Below are positions 27,531 to 37,381 of a DNA stretch of 57,628 nt, one piece after another. The position numbers were made by a program, and so were the translations under genes. Source of the DNA: an uncultured Candidatus Saccharibacteria bacterium (lineage in GTDB: Bacteria; Patescibacteriota; Minisyncoccia; Phycocordibacterales; CAIRYW01); assembly GCA_964554765.1 (NCBI GenBank), contig CAZKPS010000002.1:63808-121435 (forward strand), given 5' to 3'. The notes beneath the pieces are model-generated. The model was not told the origin of the DNA. It saw nothing but the letters and a program-made list of their open reading frames with translations, and ran no database searches. Position 1 is the stretch's first letter, and the number at the start of each line of letters is the position of its first letter.

Positions 27531-27977
27531 ACCCCACACCTGCGCTCACTATATCGAATAAATAATTCTTACTCCTGCATTTTACCTGCAAATGCAGGTG
27601 TCCACCATTTTCCGCCCTTTTTAAATGGTGGTTGACCGCCGTTTTTTCGCCGTTTATAAACGGTGTCACCATACACTCTCACTCACTATCTACTCTAAAA
27701 ATCGGTTCCCGTTAATTTCCCGTTATTACGGGAACCTTGTAGCGGTTACCCCACAGTCTCATTCACTATTTTGTTTTGCTCAACGAGAACCGTAATCAGC
27801 GTAAATTCCTTGCGGACCAACTTGCCTGTTATTTCCCTGTTCTATCAGGTTGACCACCGTATTTCGACCGTATTAACGGTCAGGAGTTAACAGGCATGAT
27901 CAGGCGTTTTCAGGCTGCAATATTTTGCCACAAATCGGACTTACGGCTTATTTCACCCCACCTTGCTCTACACTATT
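27531..27977 (+). repeat. Four direct copies of an about 22-nt motif ACC(C/A)(C/T)AC-N9-CACTAT, at 27531-27556, 27667-27690, 27748-27770 and 27954-27977. Six X-N-X-N-X' modules (27574-27881) are interspersed.
   Basis: accccacacctgcgctCACTATa / accatacactctcactCACTATc / accccacagtctcattCACTATt / accccaccttgctctaCACTATt. Example modules: CCTGCAttttaCCTGCAaaTGCAGG and TTCCCGTtaatTTCCCGTtattACGGGAA. Confidence 0.8.
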
Positions 27978-28469
27978 TCCCAGCGCAGCATTAATTTTCT
28001 GCGCGAGATCACTCGGATCGAAGCGGCCATGATTGCTCAACCTCAAGAGCGGCACACCAGCTGCTTTGAGAATGCGTTCGACCTCCTTGTCTCTGTCCTG
28101 CCTGTCGGACCGTTCATGAGTTTGGTCATCGAGCTCGATTGCGAGCTTTGGAGCGATGTATGCTCTATCGCAGAGTACAAAATCCACTGACTTGCCGTTG
28201 ATGTGGCTAAATGCGCCGCGCCAGTTCTGGCCGGCTACTTTATGATCAACGATTGTCGGAAGATGGGCTTGGGCGAAAATCAAATAGTCCTTACCAACTG
28301 CTTGGACCAGAGCATCATGACATTCATACTCCGCTCGAGAGAGGAAGAACGGCTTTCGCTTGTATACATAACCTTTGGGACCAACCGGATCAGCACCACC
28401 CTTTCGCAAGAACTCGATGAGCGCAGCAGCTGTAATAATTGCGATCAATAAAATAATAAGTTTCGTCAA
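27948..28469 (-). CDS. DUF2726-like (PD-(D/E)xK nuclease-related) protein with an N-terminal TM
   Basis: SVDFVLCD..PKLAIELDDQTHE..RDKEVERIL.AAGVPLLR. GC-richer than the upstream operon genes. Confidence 0.6.
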   Translation of the reverse strand: MTKLIILLIAIITAAALIEFLRKGGADPVGPKGYVYKRKPFFLSRAEYECHDALVQAVGKDYLIFAQAHLPTIVDHKVAGQNWRGAFSHINGKSVDFVLCDRAYIAPKLAIELDDQTHERSDRQDRDKEVERILKAAGVPLLRLSNHGRFDPSDLAQKINAALGNSVEQGGVK

Positions 28470-28474
28470 AACAC

Positions 28475-28813
28475 TTATTTTTGAATTTCCTCGTAATCTT
28501 TTTTATTGCCACCAATCCGTATGTAATCCTCGCAGCCATCAACTGAAATAGCACCACACGCGCATGGGACCATTTTCTTGTGCGTGTTCCAGTGGATTTC
28601 TGTGCCGCATTTTTTGCACTTGATATAAGTATCTTTCTTATTTTTCTTGTTGTACTCATTAAGCTCCTCCCTTGTGATCGGCCGGTAGATTTTATCCATA
28701 ATTGTCAAAAGTACAGTCGCCTCAGTCATGGCGGTTTCGTCATCGATATCCTGGCCGGGATTCTCTTTACGCCAGATTGCCTTGTATTCTTCTAGGGCTT
28801 GTTTTGAAATCAT
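28475..28813 (-). CDS. Small protein: N-terminal helical module shared with ORF 39285..39545, plus a C-terminal zinc ribbon
   Basis: EEYKAIWRKENPGQDIDDETAMTEATVLLTIMDKIYRPIT; CKKCG..17..CACG. Confidence 0.45.
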   Translation of the reverse strand: MISKQALEEYKAIWRKENPGQDIDDETAMTEATVLLTIMDKIYRPITREELNEYNKKNKKDTYIKCKKCGTEIHWNTHKKMVPCACGAISVDGCEDYIRIGGNKKDYEEIQK

Positions 28814-28816
28814 ATA

Positions 28817-29566
28817 TTAAGATTTTAGAAATTGTTTAAATCGAGGATGTCTTTCTGCCTCAGCTTTCAGAATATTACCATCTGCCTCAAGCTCTTTTAA
28901 TCGCTTCACGAAATTGTCTACAAAAGTTAGCTGCTTAACGCCTTTATTAATTCCATAAAATAGATCCATCAAGCTTAGTGCAATATTACCAATCATCCAC
29001 AGATCAGCCTTAACATGGTGCTCCTCTCCCTTATCAAAGAAATCAGTCTTAAATTTGTAATCAGCCATTGAAAAGTTATTAAAAGCATAAATGATGTTTG
29101 AGTGGGCACAAGATTCATTAATTGAATTTTTCATGTTTTTAATAAAATCTGAGTGCTTACGATGGTTATTTTCAATCCATTGACGACGTTTTTTATCTAG
29201 TGTGTCAGAGGTATCGAGAACTCCGTCTTCTCCATCAACCACAAAATCTTCTTTATTTGGATTGGCTAGTCCATAAGCAGCATTCACCCCAGCTTCAAGA
29301 ACCTGCCTTAGATTAAGCATTGCTTGAATATGATGCAGTCTCACCACCGAGAAAAGTGCAAGTGTGTGATACTTTTTTATCTGAGACAGAAAGGCCATAA
29401 ACACCCAGGCATCAGGTTTCGCCTCTTTCAAAAAATTATTAAGAAGATCATTGAAACCTGCTGCATTACGAAATGCATCACCATACTTTTCCTCTGCTTG
29501 AGGAATCATTTCTCGCTCAGCATCAAGTATGTCGTCAATAGTTTCTATGTCTTCAATCTTTTTCAT
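28817..29566 (-). CDS. Hypothetical all-alpha protein in the R-M operon
   Basis: 249 aa; start/stop coupled to both neighbours. No motif I can name with confidence. Confidence 0.45.
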   Translation of the reverse strand: MKKIEDIETIDDILDAEREMIPQAEEKYGDAFRNAAGFNDLLNNFLKEAKPDAWVFMAFLSQIKKYHTLALFSVVRLHHIQAMLNLRQVLEAGVNAAYGLANPNKEDFVVDGEDGVLDTSDTLDKKRRQWIENNHRKHSDFIKNMKNSINESCAHSNIIYAFNNFSMADYKFKTDFFDKGEEHHVKADLWMIGNIALSLMDLFYGINKGVKQLTFVDNFVKRLKELEADGNILKAEAERHPRFKQFLKS

Positions 29567-30372
29567 TAGATATTAATCTCATTATTTTTTACGACCATCG
29601 CACCCTGGCTGGCAACCACATCTCTTACAGATAAAATCCTCTCTTTAAAGTCGTTGGAACTTTCTGCAAGTGATTTTTTGCAGTCGTTACTCCATTTCAT
29701 AATCATTAGTTTTGCGGACCCTTTCACGATCTCGTATAAATCCTCAGGCGATATAAATCGCGCCTTGAAGTGGGTGGCTTTCTCTAGCCGTCTAGCTTTC
29801 TCATCTAAATACGCATGTGATACCCCGAGTCCCTTGCCGACAGAAAAGAAATGGGTTAATGAATTTCTTAGTTTACGAACATCATCCACTGTAATACGCT
29901 TCAATCTATCTTTATTCTTCTTACCCCATTCATTTTCTGGACTCAAACAGAAATCCTTTATAAACACCTTTATCGTTTCTTGATTCATTACTAGCCTACG
30001 TATCACATCATCATCTGAAGTCTTATTGTCGTAAGCGGTATTTAAACAAAGTAAAACCTCTAGGTGGGCAAAAAGAACAATCATCTCTGATCTTACTGGT
30101 CTCTCAACTTTCAGCTTTTCTGCAATAGTCTGAGGGTGTTCGGAAAAGTTGTAATTGAAATCTATTGAATTTTCTTTTAGCTTTTGGGCAAGGAATTGTA
30201 CGAAATCTATAGTCTCAAGATATTGTTTCCTTATAGATTCCATCTTGTTATCCAAATTCAATAGATTTTCTGTTTCCTTTTCAATTTCTTGAAGGAAAAT
30301 GATAATGGGATGCAAATCGGGTGAAATTACCACTTTTTCTTCATCAAAGATAAAATGTGTACTACTTTCCAT
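29566..30372 (-). CDS. HEPN-motif protein (Abi-like)
   Basis: VRKLRNSLTHFF contains the Rx4H HEPN signature (R169-H174). Starts 4 nt after the res stop. Confidence 0.5.
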   Translation of the reverse strand: MESSTHFIFDEEKVVISPDLHPIIIFLQEIEKETENLLNLDNKMESIRKQYLETIDFVQFLAQKLKENSIDFNYNFSEHPQTIAEKLKVERPVRSEMIVLFAHLEVLLCLNTAYDNKTSDDDVIRRLVMNQETIKVFIKDFCLSPENEWGKKNKDRLKRITVDDVRKLRNSLTHFFSVGKGLGVSHAYLDEKARRLEKATHFKARFISPEDLYEIVKGSAKLMIMKWSNDCKKSLAESSNDFKERILSVRDVVASQGAMVVKNNEINI

Positions 30373-30376
30373 TTTA

Positions 30377-32641
30377 TTAATTCAAATCCAAGAATTCCCA
30401 TTCTTTTAGATTATTGGGATCGTAAGAATAGATATGGTTACCATTGATTCTCCAACTGCTCTTGTCGTGGAGAACAATCCCACCAAAAAGCTTTTTACCT
30501 TTCTTGCTGTGGTCTTTGATATATTTCGCCAATCCTTCAGCTCTCGATTTTGCCAACTCTGCCGTATAACCACCCTTAGTATCAAACAAGCCAATACTTC
30601 CGTCTTTCATAAGCACAATAAAATCAACATAGAATGCCTTTTGGAGCCCATACTCTGTATGTGGGACCGCAAAATAGGTTGAATCACTCTTGCCGTTCTT
30701 AAACCACCACGTTACTTTCTTTGCTTTCTCCAGGACGTCAATAAAGTCACCTTCGATATCACTATCTTCTTCGAACATATTCAAGGAGTTACCGCCCGTG
30801 ACTTTCGCAAAGTACGGTTGAATTATTGACCGTTTATAATCTTTCTTTGTGAATGAAAGATTGTAGTTAATTATCTTAGGGATATTCCACAACTCATCGT
30901 TCTCAACTAATTCGCTTTTACCCTTACCCACTTTTTCTTCGTAAAGTTCTTTGGCTTTATTGATTGTGTCAACAAATGCCTGCTTGTTTTCTTCGGCTAG
31001 AACTATTGCCTGAATCTTTGCCCAATCATCAACACCCATCTTGAACGACTTATCGAAGAAACGATAGATGCAATCATTTATTCTTTTGATTGAACGCAAC
31101 TCTGGGGCAAACGGGGCAAGATTATTACGGACAAACATATCAAAGGCATTCTGTAACTCAACCTCATTCTTAGGGATATCCAAGGTCCCCTTCTTTTCTA
31201 TACTTCTCACTTCCTTATCAGGATCGACAATTGTTCCATCAGCAATAAGCTTAGTGCTTACAATTGTACTTTTTAGAGAAACTCGTGATTTAAGTTTTAA
31301 TTGTTCTGCTGCATCAAAGAAGACCGGAACAAAATCCGATGATAGTCTAGTTTCTTCTCGGAAACGCTTCGAATGGTACGAAACCAAATTAAGATCCTCA
31401 TAATCATCCCTTCTTTTTCCTTCAAAGACTGTTATGTAATCACGAGAAATATCTTCAGCAACCTTTATATCTTCAAGGCTAGTATAAACATATCCAAGGT
31501 TAAGGTCCTGGTCCTTATAGTGATGTTGTTCCGGCATTCGCATAATACGACCGAGAGTTTGAATAGAGAAAGTCATATTCTCTTCTCTCCACTGTCTAAA
31601 GAGGACCAGTATAGAAGCTCGGGGGCAATCCCAACCAAGCGCAATAGCCTGTTTGAAAATCATGACTTCAACTTCGTTCTGATTTTTCTCAATATTATCG
31701 AGGTTTATCTTATTGTCTTTTTCAGAGAGATAGACAGCCAGCTTCCCATTCTCTGTAGTAATTCCATATTTTGTAAGTAACTCAACAACAACATCCTTTT
31801 TATCCGGAATTCCTGACTTAGAGTCTGGAATTTGAATAAGTAACAATGGATTAACGTTAGCACCTTCTTTTTCCAACTTCTTAGAAAGTTCTAAGCGTTT
31901 CTTAAGGGCACTCTCAAGGACCAGCTCGTCTGCCGCCTTATCGTTCTTTTTCTTATCAATAAGATAATCATTGAATCCTTGGTTAATGGCTATCTCCTTT
32001 TTTATCATTCCTTCCTCTTTCACATCCTTTAGCTCAACCTCTACGATTCTATTGGCATTATTAAGCTGCGGAGTAGCAGAGACTTCGATCGTAACCTTCG
32101 GACCGATATCCTGAATCAGTTCTTTTGACTTATCACTGCTTGCAGTATGGTGACTTTCATCAATAATCAAGATGATTGTTCTGCCTTCATCTTTTGTCCT
32201 AGCAATTACTGAGGTGAGATTATTATCACGCTCATTTGCGCGAACATAGACATTGTCTTTTTTGTTTATACTTGCCCAGTTTAAAAACAAAACCTCATTT
32301 TCAGCAATTCTTTTATCTTCCAAATCCTCAAAATAGGAACATTTAATACCTACACCAAACTGGTCATAATATTTTTTAAGGTTATTACGACTCTGGTCGT
32401 GTAGCTTGTTAACTGCAAGCCAGATAAAAGAGAATTTCTTACCATCAACTCGTGAGTCAATAAGGCGTTTTAAAAATTCAGCCATCATCAAGGTCTTACC
32501 AGACCCCGTTGGAGACTTGAAGATACAGACTTTGTTTCCATCTGCATCCAAAAGCCGATTGACTTCTTGCTTTAAGTCAACGATAGCTCTTTCTTGATAA
32601 TTTTTAAATTCGATCCACATATTTTTATTTGAAAATTTCAC
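30377..32641 (-). CDS. res: Type III restriction enzyme Res subunit (SF2 helicase plus C-terminal PD-(D/E)xK)
   Basis: FKSPTGSGKTLMMAEF (motif I); LIIDESHH (motif II); C-terminal VDFIVL..GLFDTKG. Confidence 0.8.
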   Translation of the reverse strand: MKFSNKNMWIEFKNYQERAIVDLKQEVNRLLDADGNKVCIFKSPTGSGKTLMMAEFLKRLIDSRVDGKKFSFIWLAVNKLHDQSRNNLKKYYDQFGVGIKCSYFEDLEDKRIAENEVLFLNWASINKKDNVYVRANERDNNLTSVIARTKDEGRTIILIIDESHHTASSDKSKELIQDIGPKVTIEVSATPQLNNANRIVEVELKDVKEEGMIKKEIAINQGFNDYLIDKKKNDKAADELVLESALKKRLELSKKLEKEGANVNPLLLIQIPDSKSGIPDKKDVVVELLTKYGITTENGKLAVYLSEKDNKINLDNIEKNQNEVEVMIFKQAIALGWDCPRASILVLFRQWREENMTFSIQTLGRIMRMPEQHHYKDQDLNLGYVYTSLEDIKVAEDISRDYITVFEGKRRDDYEDLNLVSYHSKRFREETRLSSDFVPVFFDAAEQLKLKSRVSLKSTIVSTKLIADGTIVDPDKEVRSIEKKGTLDIPKNEVELQNAFDMFVRNNLAPFAPELRSIKRINDCIYRFFDKSFKMGVDDWAKIQAIVLAEENKQAFVDTINKAKELYEEKVGKGKSELVENDELWNIPKIINYNLSFTKKDYKRSIIQPYFAKVTGGNSLNMFEEDSDIEGDFIDVLEKAKKVTWWFKNGKSDSTYFAVPHTEYGLQKAFYVDFIVLMKDGSIGLFDTKGGYTAELAKSRAEGLAKYIKDHSKKGKKLFGGIVLHDKSSWRINGNHIYSYDPNNLKEWEFLDLN

Positions 32642-34322
32642 GATACACCTTAAGGATCACTTCGGGAATAGCACAAAGTGTGACCTTCGACTTTACATCC
32701 TTAAACTCCTTCTCATGAGGATCGTCTCCCAATGAGAACACATAGGTATTAAAGGAACCATCAATTTTATTGATAGCTTTTTTATAATCTTCTATTGCAT
32801 CTTCGTAAAAAACGATACCAACATACTTATCCTTTCCTTTGAAAATCTTAAAATCACTACCATCTTTTATTTCTTCAAAGGCATCTTCCTTGATACACAA
32901 CATGTCTGTAGACTCACTTACAAGCTTTCGTTTATTACGATCTGTTGGTTCTGCTTCAACAAAATCATTTGTATAGTACTTCAAGCCACTGCCTAACCCC
33001 GTCACTTTTTCGCCTTTAGTATCTTTATATCCACCAATTACCTTTTTAATTCTCGGGTAACAAATGTCTGTACAAATATTGTTTTCATTATTTGTACAAA
33101 GAATAAATTTACGGTTACCTCCATCTTCTTGATTCAGCTTCAAAACTGCATGGCCAGTACTACCCGAACCGGCCATAAAATCTAGAATCGTCGCATTTTT
33201 GTCTGTACTTAAGGTAATGATCCTTTTTAATAGTGAAGTTGGCTTTGGGGAATCGAAGCTGTTTTCTGGAAGCAATTCTTTTAATTCACGTCTTGCATCA
33301 TCATTGCTACCCACCTCGTCATATAGCCATAGGGTTTTTGGAATAACACCATCTTTCATTTCATTTAGGTATTTCTTTAATCGAGGGACTGCCGTTCCTT
33401 TTGCTCCAAACCATATCTGATTCTCCTCATCAGCTTTTCTTAGAGTTTCCTTACTAAAACGAGGATACGTTCCAGGTGGTGGTCCCCAAGTAACACCATT
33501 TTTAAATGTATAAGAATATCCTGAATCACTCTCACTACCACTTTTAGCATGTAGTGGTTGCGTCATCCATGGACCACGAGGGTCGTTATCAGCATTTTTG
33601 TATCGGTCATCTTGCTTCTGTGTCCTCGGTAGAAGGTTTAACTTAAAGTTCTCTGCTTTTTTTGCATAACAAAGAATAAAATCGTGGGTGGATGAAAAAT
33701 ACTTAGCATCGTTACTCTGAGTATACTTCTTCTGCCATATTATATTGGCAATAAAGTTTTCCTCTCCAAATACTTCATCGCAAAGCATCTTGAGTGGCGC
33801 ATGTTCATTATCATCAATACTTATAAAGATTGCTCCGGTTTCTTTGAGAAGGCTTCTTGCTAACCTTAGTCTTTTTTCCATGAAAGCAATCCATTTGCTA
33901 TGCCTAAACGGATCTTCTTTTTTAACATACCCACTCGCAAATCTATCGTTGTAAATAAAATCGCTGTTTCCTGTGTTGTAAGGAGGGTCAATGTAAATTA
34001 AATCTATAGCCTCCTGGTGAGTAAAATTTAGTACCGCCAAAGAGTGATAGTTATCTCCCTCTAAGAGTAGGTTAGTAATTTCAGAATCCTTATTGAGGAT
34101 TTGTTTTGTTTTTACCTCTTTCAAAATAGGAAAAGGCTTACCCGCCATTTCATTAGGAAACATCTCGTTAGGAGTTCGAGCATCAGGATTGATTAGGATA
34201 TCAATCTTTTCTTCAGGGACATCTCTATGCCAAACGAGACCGTAAGTAGTCTCACGGATTCTTTTAATCTCTTTTATCAACTCATCTTTGGACCACTGGT
34301 CGTAATCAATTTTTTTAGCCAT
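32625..34322 (-). CDS. mod: Type III-like DNA methyltransferase (Mod; N6A/N4C beta class)
   Basis: DLIYIDPPYNTG (motif IV); ILDFMAGSGSTGHA (motif I); 17-nt overlap with res. Confidence 0.85.
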   Translation of the reverse strand: MAKKIDYDQWSKDELIKEIKRIRETTYGLVWHRDVPEEKIDILINPDARTPNEMFPNEMAGKPFPILKEVKTKQILNKDSEITNLLLEGDNYHSLAVLNFTHQEAIDLIYIDPPYNTGNSDFIYNDRFASGYVKKEDPFRHSKWIAFMEKRLRLARSLLKETGAIFISIDDNEHAPLKMLCDEVFGEENFIANIIWQKKYTQSNDAKYFSSTHDFILCYAKKAENFKLNLLPRTQKQDDRYKNADNDPRGPWMTQPLHAKSGSESDSGYSYTFKNGVTWGPPPGTYPRFSKETLRKADEENQIWFGAKGTAVPRLKKYLNEMKDGVIPKTLWLYDEVGSNDDARRELKELLPENSFDSPKPTSLLKRIITLSTDKNATILDFMAGSGSTGHAVLKLNQEDGGNRKFILCTNNENNICTDICYPRIKKVIGGYKDTKGEKVTGLGSGLKYYTNDFVEAEPTDRNKRKLVSESTDMLCIKEDAFEEIKDGSDFKIFKGKDKYVGIVFYEDAIEDYKKAINKIDGSFNTYVFSLGDDPHEKEFKDVKSKVTLCAIPEVILKVYREIFK

Positions 34323-34328
34323 ATAAAT

Positions 34329-34556
34329 TTATTTAATCAGATCATCAACTGTTACTTTCAATGCGTCCGCAATCTTCTTCAATGTACTCACTCTTGGATC
34401 TTTAGTAGAACCACTCTCAATCTTTGCAATCGTGTGGTACGCCAATTTAGCCTCTTGGGAAAGAGTTCCTTGGGTCCAATTACCTTTATTCTTAAGCTTC
34501 TCAAAATTCTTTTTGAGATTCTTTACGATTTTTGTCGCTTCATTATCTGTTGCCAT
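34329..34556 (-). CDS. XRE-family HTH protein (likely controller protein of the R-M operon)
   Basis: WTQGTLSQEAKLAYHTIAKIESGSTKDPRVSTLKKIADALKVTVDDLI. Confidence 0.75.
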   Translation of the reverse strand: MATDNEATKIVKNLKKNFEKLKNKGNWTQGTLSQEAKLAYHTIAKIESGSTKDPRVSTLKKIADALKVTVDDLIK

Positions 34557-34680
34557 TTGATATAACTTTACTCGTATAATTATATCATTGTACGAACGTA
34601 GTTCATAGCGAAAAAACAGGAGTTATCCCCTGCCTAATCGCCTTATTTTCCTTCTGTTTTAGGTATCTTTTGTAGTCTCA

Positions 34681-35001
34681 TCACTTCATGATCCTAAATC
34701 GTCGCATTTCACGCTGCGCTTTTTCCATATCTTTGATTACCTTGAGATAGATTGCTCGAGTCCTTTTACTCCTCGGATTGTTCTCGACAAACATGAGATC
34801 GTCGTCATCGATAAAGCTCGCAAGTGATATGTACGATGCGGCGAGGATGCGTATCCGTTCTTTGATCGCCATCCTCATTTTTATTTTAGGTTCCGGAAGA
34901 GATGAAAGCGGGTTGAGTATCCCTTTTCTGTACAGTCTGCGAATGTGTTTGGCGGCATCTTTTACCGCTTCAATATCATCTTCCACGGCAGACACGAACA
35001 T
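34681..35001 (-). CDS. Hypothetical protein (GC-richer block)
   Basis: 106 aa ORF. Confidence 0.35.
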   Translation of the reverse strand: MFVSAVEDDIEAVKDAAKHIRRLYRKGILNPLSSLPEPKIKMRMAIKERIRILAASYISLASFIDDDDLMFVENNPRSKRTRAIYLKVIKDMEKAQREMRRFRIMK

Positions 35002-35005
35002 ACCG

Positions 35006-35338
35006 CTATCGCCGAGGGAAAGCTAGCTTTTTATCTTTGAAAAATAATTCGAGATATTTTTTATCTCCCTTGAGCCCGACATGCCAGAGCACCACGCTCT
35101 CGACCGGCTGAATTTCTTTGTAATCGTAAATGGTGATTACGGCCGGCCGCTTGTGCGAGGTCTTGAAGGACCACTCTGCCCGGACCTTGTTGTCGCCAGA
35201 TTTCCATTTCCCCTCTACGGTCCGATCATTCGGTGCGCCAAGTTGGTCTATAAGTCCTTGGTACGGACCGACAATGTAGCCGACAAAGCTCGATCCCCTG
35301 ACATCCTGTGGCTCTGCTTTTACAAAGCAATTTTTCAT
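35006..35338 (-). CDS. Hypothetical protein downstream of the RT
   Basis: MKNCFVKAEPQDV..GKWKSGDNKVRAEWSF..VITIYDYK. Start uncertain (35338 or 35422). Confidence 0.35.
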   Translation of the reverse strand: MKNCFVKAEPQDVRGSSFVGYIVGPYQGLIDQLGAPNDRTVEGKWKSGDNKVRAEWSFKTSHKRPAVITIYDYKEIQPVESVVLWHVGLKGDKKYLELFFKDKKLAFPRR

Positions 35339-36478
35339 ACACCCACACACATACCGAAGACCCCGTAAGAAGTCTAGTTCGAACTTTTCGGAATTTCGGC
35401 GACACGCCGTGAAGATCGGCAAGATCGCTGAATACCCTTACTTTTGATGGAAAAGCGTACACGCGGGCGAACAGGTGGCAATTACGGGGTAAGAAGCTCG
35501 TCTGCGAGACGTGTCTGCCGGATTTCAGCCGTTTTTGCTTTGACCTGTTGCTGCAACTTCCAGCTGTTACCATGACTTAAAAGCCCGAGATATGACTGGA
35601 TCGTTTCTTCTTTCCCCTGCTTTGCCTTAATGCCATTCATCATCCTGCGCTTGGTTGCGGTGCGTAGGACGCGATGATCTGGAAAATGCACCCAGCCTAA
35701 AAAGTCCACACCGGATGCCACGGTGCTGATTGAAATTTTATTTGGATGCATGGTGAGCTTGAGTTTGTCTCTCAAAAAATCCTGCATCAGTGGCAAGATA
35801 CGTTCGAGGTAAACGCGATCGTGAGACACAACAGCAAAGTCATCGGCATAGCGAATATAATATTTTGCTTTGAGCCTATGCTTCACAAATTGATCGAACT
35901 CATTCATGTAAACATTCACCAGGAGCTGCGATGTAAGGTTACCGAGCGGAAGGCCAACACCTGCCGTAGTTGAATTGAAGCTGGAGACGATCATCGACAG
36001 TAGCCAGAGGATATCTTGGTCCGGAATATACTTACCCATTATTGCGAGCAAGGTGGTCTGATCAATATTCGCAAAAAACTTTCTAATGTCACACTTCAGG
36101 ACCCACGTTGAACGTGTGTTGTTTTGCGAAACGATATTGAAAAACTGTTTGAAGCGCCTTATCGCTCTATGTGTTCCCTTTCCAGGTTGGCACGAGTAGG
36201 AATCAGAAATAAATGTTTTAGTAAAAAATGGAGAAAGTGTGCGATGCAGAGCATGGTGCAATAGCCTATCTTGCACACTCGCCTTGTGTATATCGCGTGG
36301 TTTGGGATCGGAGATTTTAAACGCCTGATATTTCGAATGCGAATATGTTTTCGCGGCAAGCTCGCGGTGGAGAGAGATTATATTCGTCATTAAATTACGC
36401 TCGAACTCTTGAACGTCTTTACGAGCTCGCTTGCCGCAAACAAACTCTTTCCACGCTTCGAGGAGATTATCGAGCGAA

Positions 36479-36928
<450 letters not shown>

Positions 36929-36946
36929 GGAGAGAAATGAAGTGAG

Positions 36947-37049
36947 TTGCGAACGCCCGCAAACCACCAGTTGTCGTTCCAGTCGTTGTCGTTGCGGTTG
37001 ACGTTCACCTTGCGCTTGTCGTTCCAACGGTTGAACGTGGCGTAGCATT
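36947..37049 (-). repeat. DGR template repeat (TR), 103 nt, sense on the minus strand
   Basis: Aligns to 37386-37488 at an offset of +439. The sense strand encodes CYATFNRWNDKRKVNVNRNDNDWNDNWWFAGVR, rich in AAC codons. Confidence 0.9.
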
Positions 37050-37292
37050 GTACAGAGTCTCGTCTGCGTCACTGCCTCTCGAATACTCTCAAGGCTGTAT
37101 CGAATCCGGCATCATAATGCCTTAAAACTCTGTACCAAGTAGCTTCATTTTTTTGAAGTGTCTGCATGCACCACCCTATCTGAAGCCTTAACCGCAGATA
37201 CTCTCGGTGCATGGATACTGGGTTCGGTAGTGGGAAGCCGTAACCGCCCGCATATTCACCTACTGCCGACATAAGTATAAATGATTTTGTAT

Positions 37293-37334
37293 AAAAAATT
37301 TAGCCCCACTCCGACGAATCGGAACAGGGCTAAA
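37293..37334 (-). terminator. Rho-independent terminator after the DGR target gene
   Basis: Minus strand: tttagccc-20 nt (inner ccgattcgtcgg hairpin)-gggctaaa, followed by tttttt. Confidence 0.6.
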
Positions 37335-37347
37335 GACTAAGTTTCTA

Positions 37348-37361
37348 AGGACCGGAGTCCT
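37348..37361 (-). promoter_or_regulatory. Small GC hairpin with a 4-nt loop about 25 nt downstream of the VR; candidate DGR target-recognition hairpin
   Basis: aggac-cgga-gtcct. Confidence 0.3.
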
Positions 37362-37381
37362 GAGACACTCAGTGTTGAGAA

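Noticed and set aside
27531-27977. A possible CRISPR array, given direct repeats of about 22-26 nt.
   Set aside because: There are only four copies and they are imperfect. Spacing is irregular (about 136, 81 and 206 nt). The spacers are themselves built of repeat modules, and there are no cas genes.
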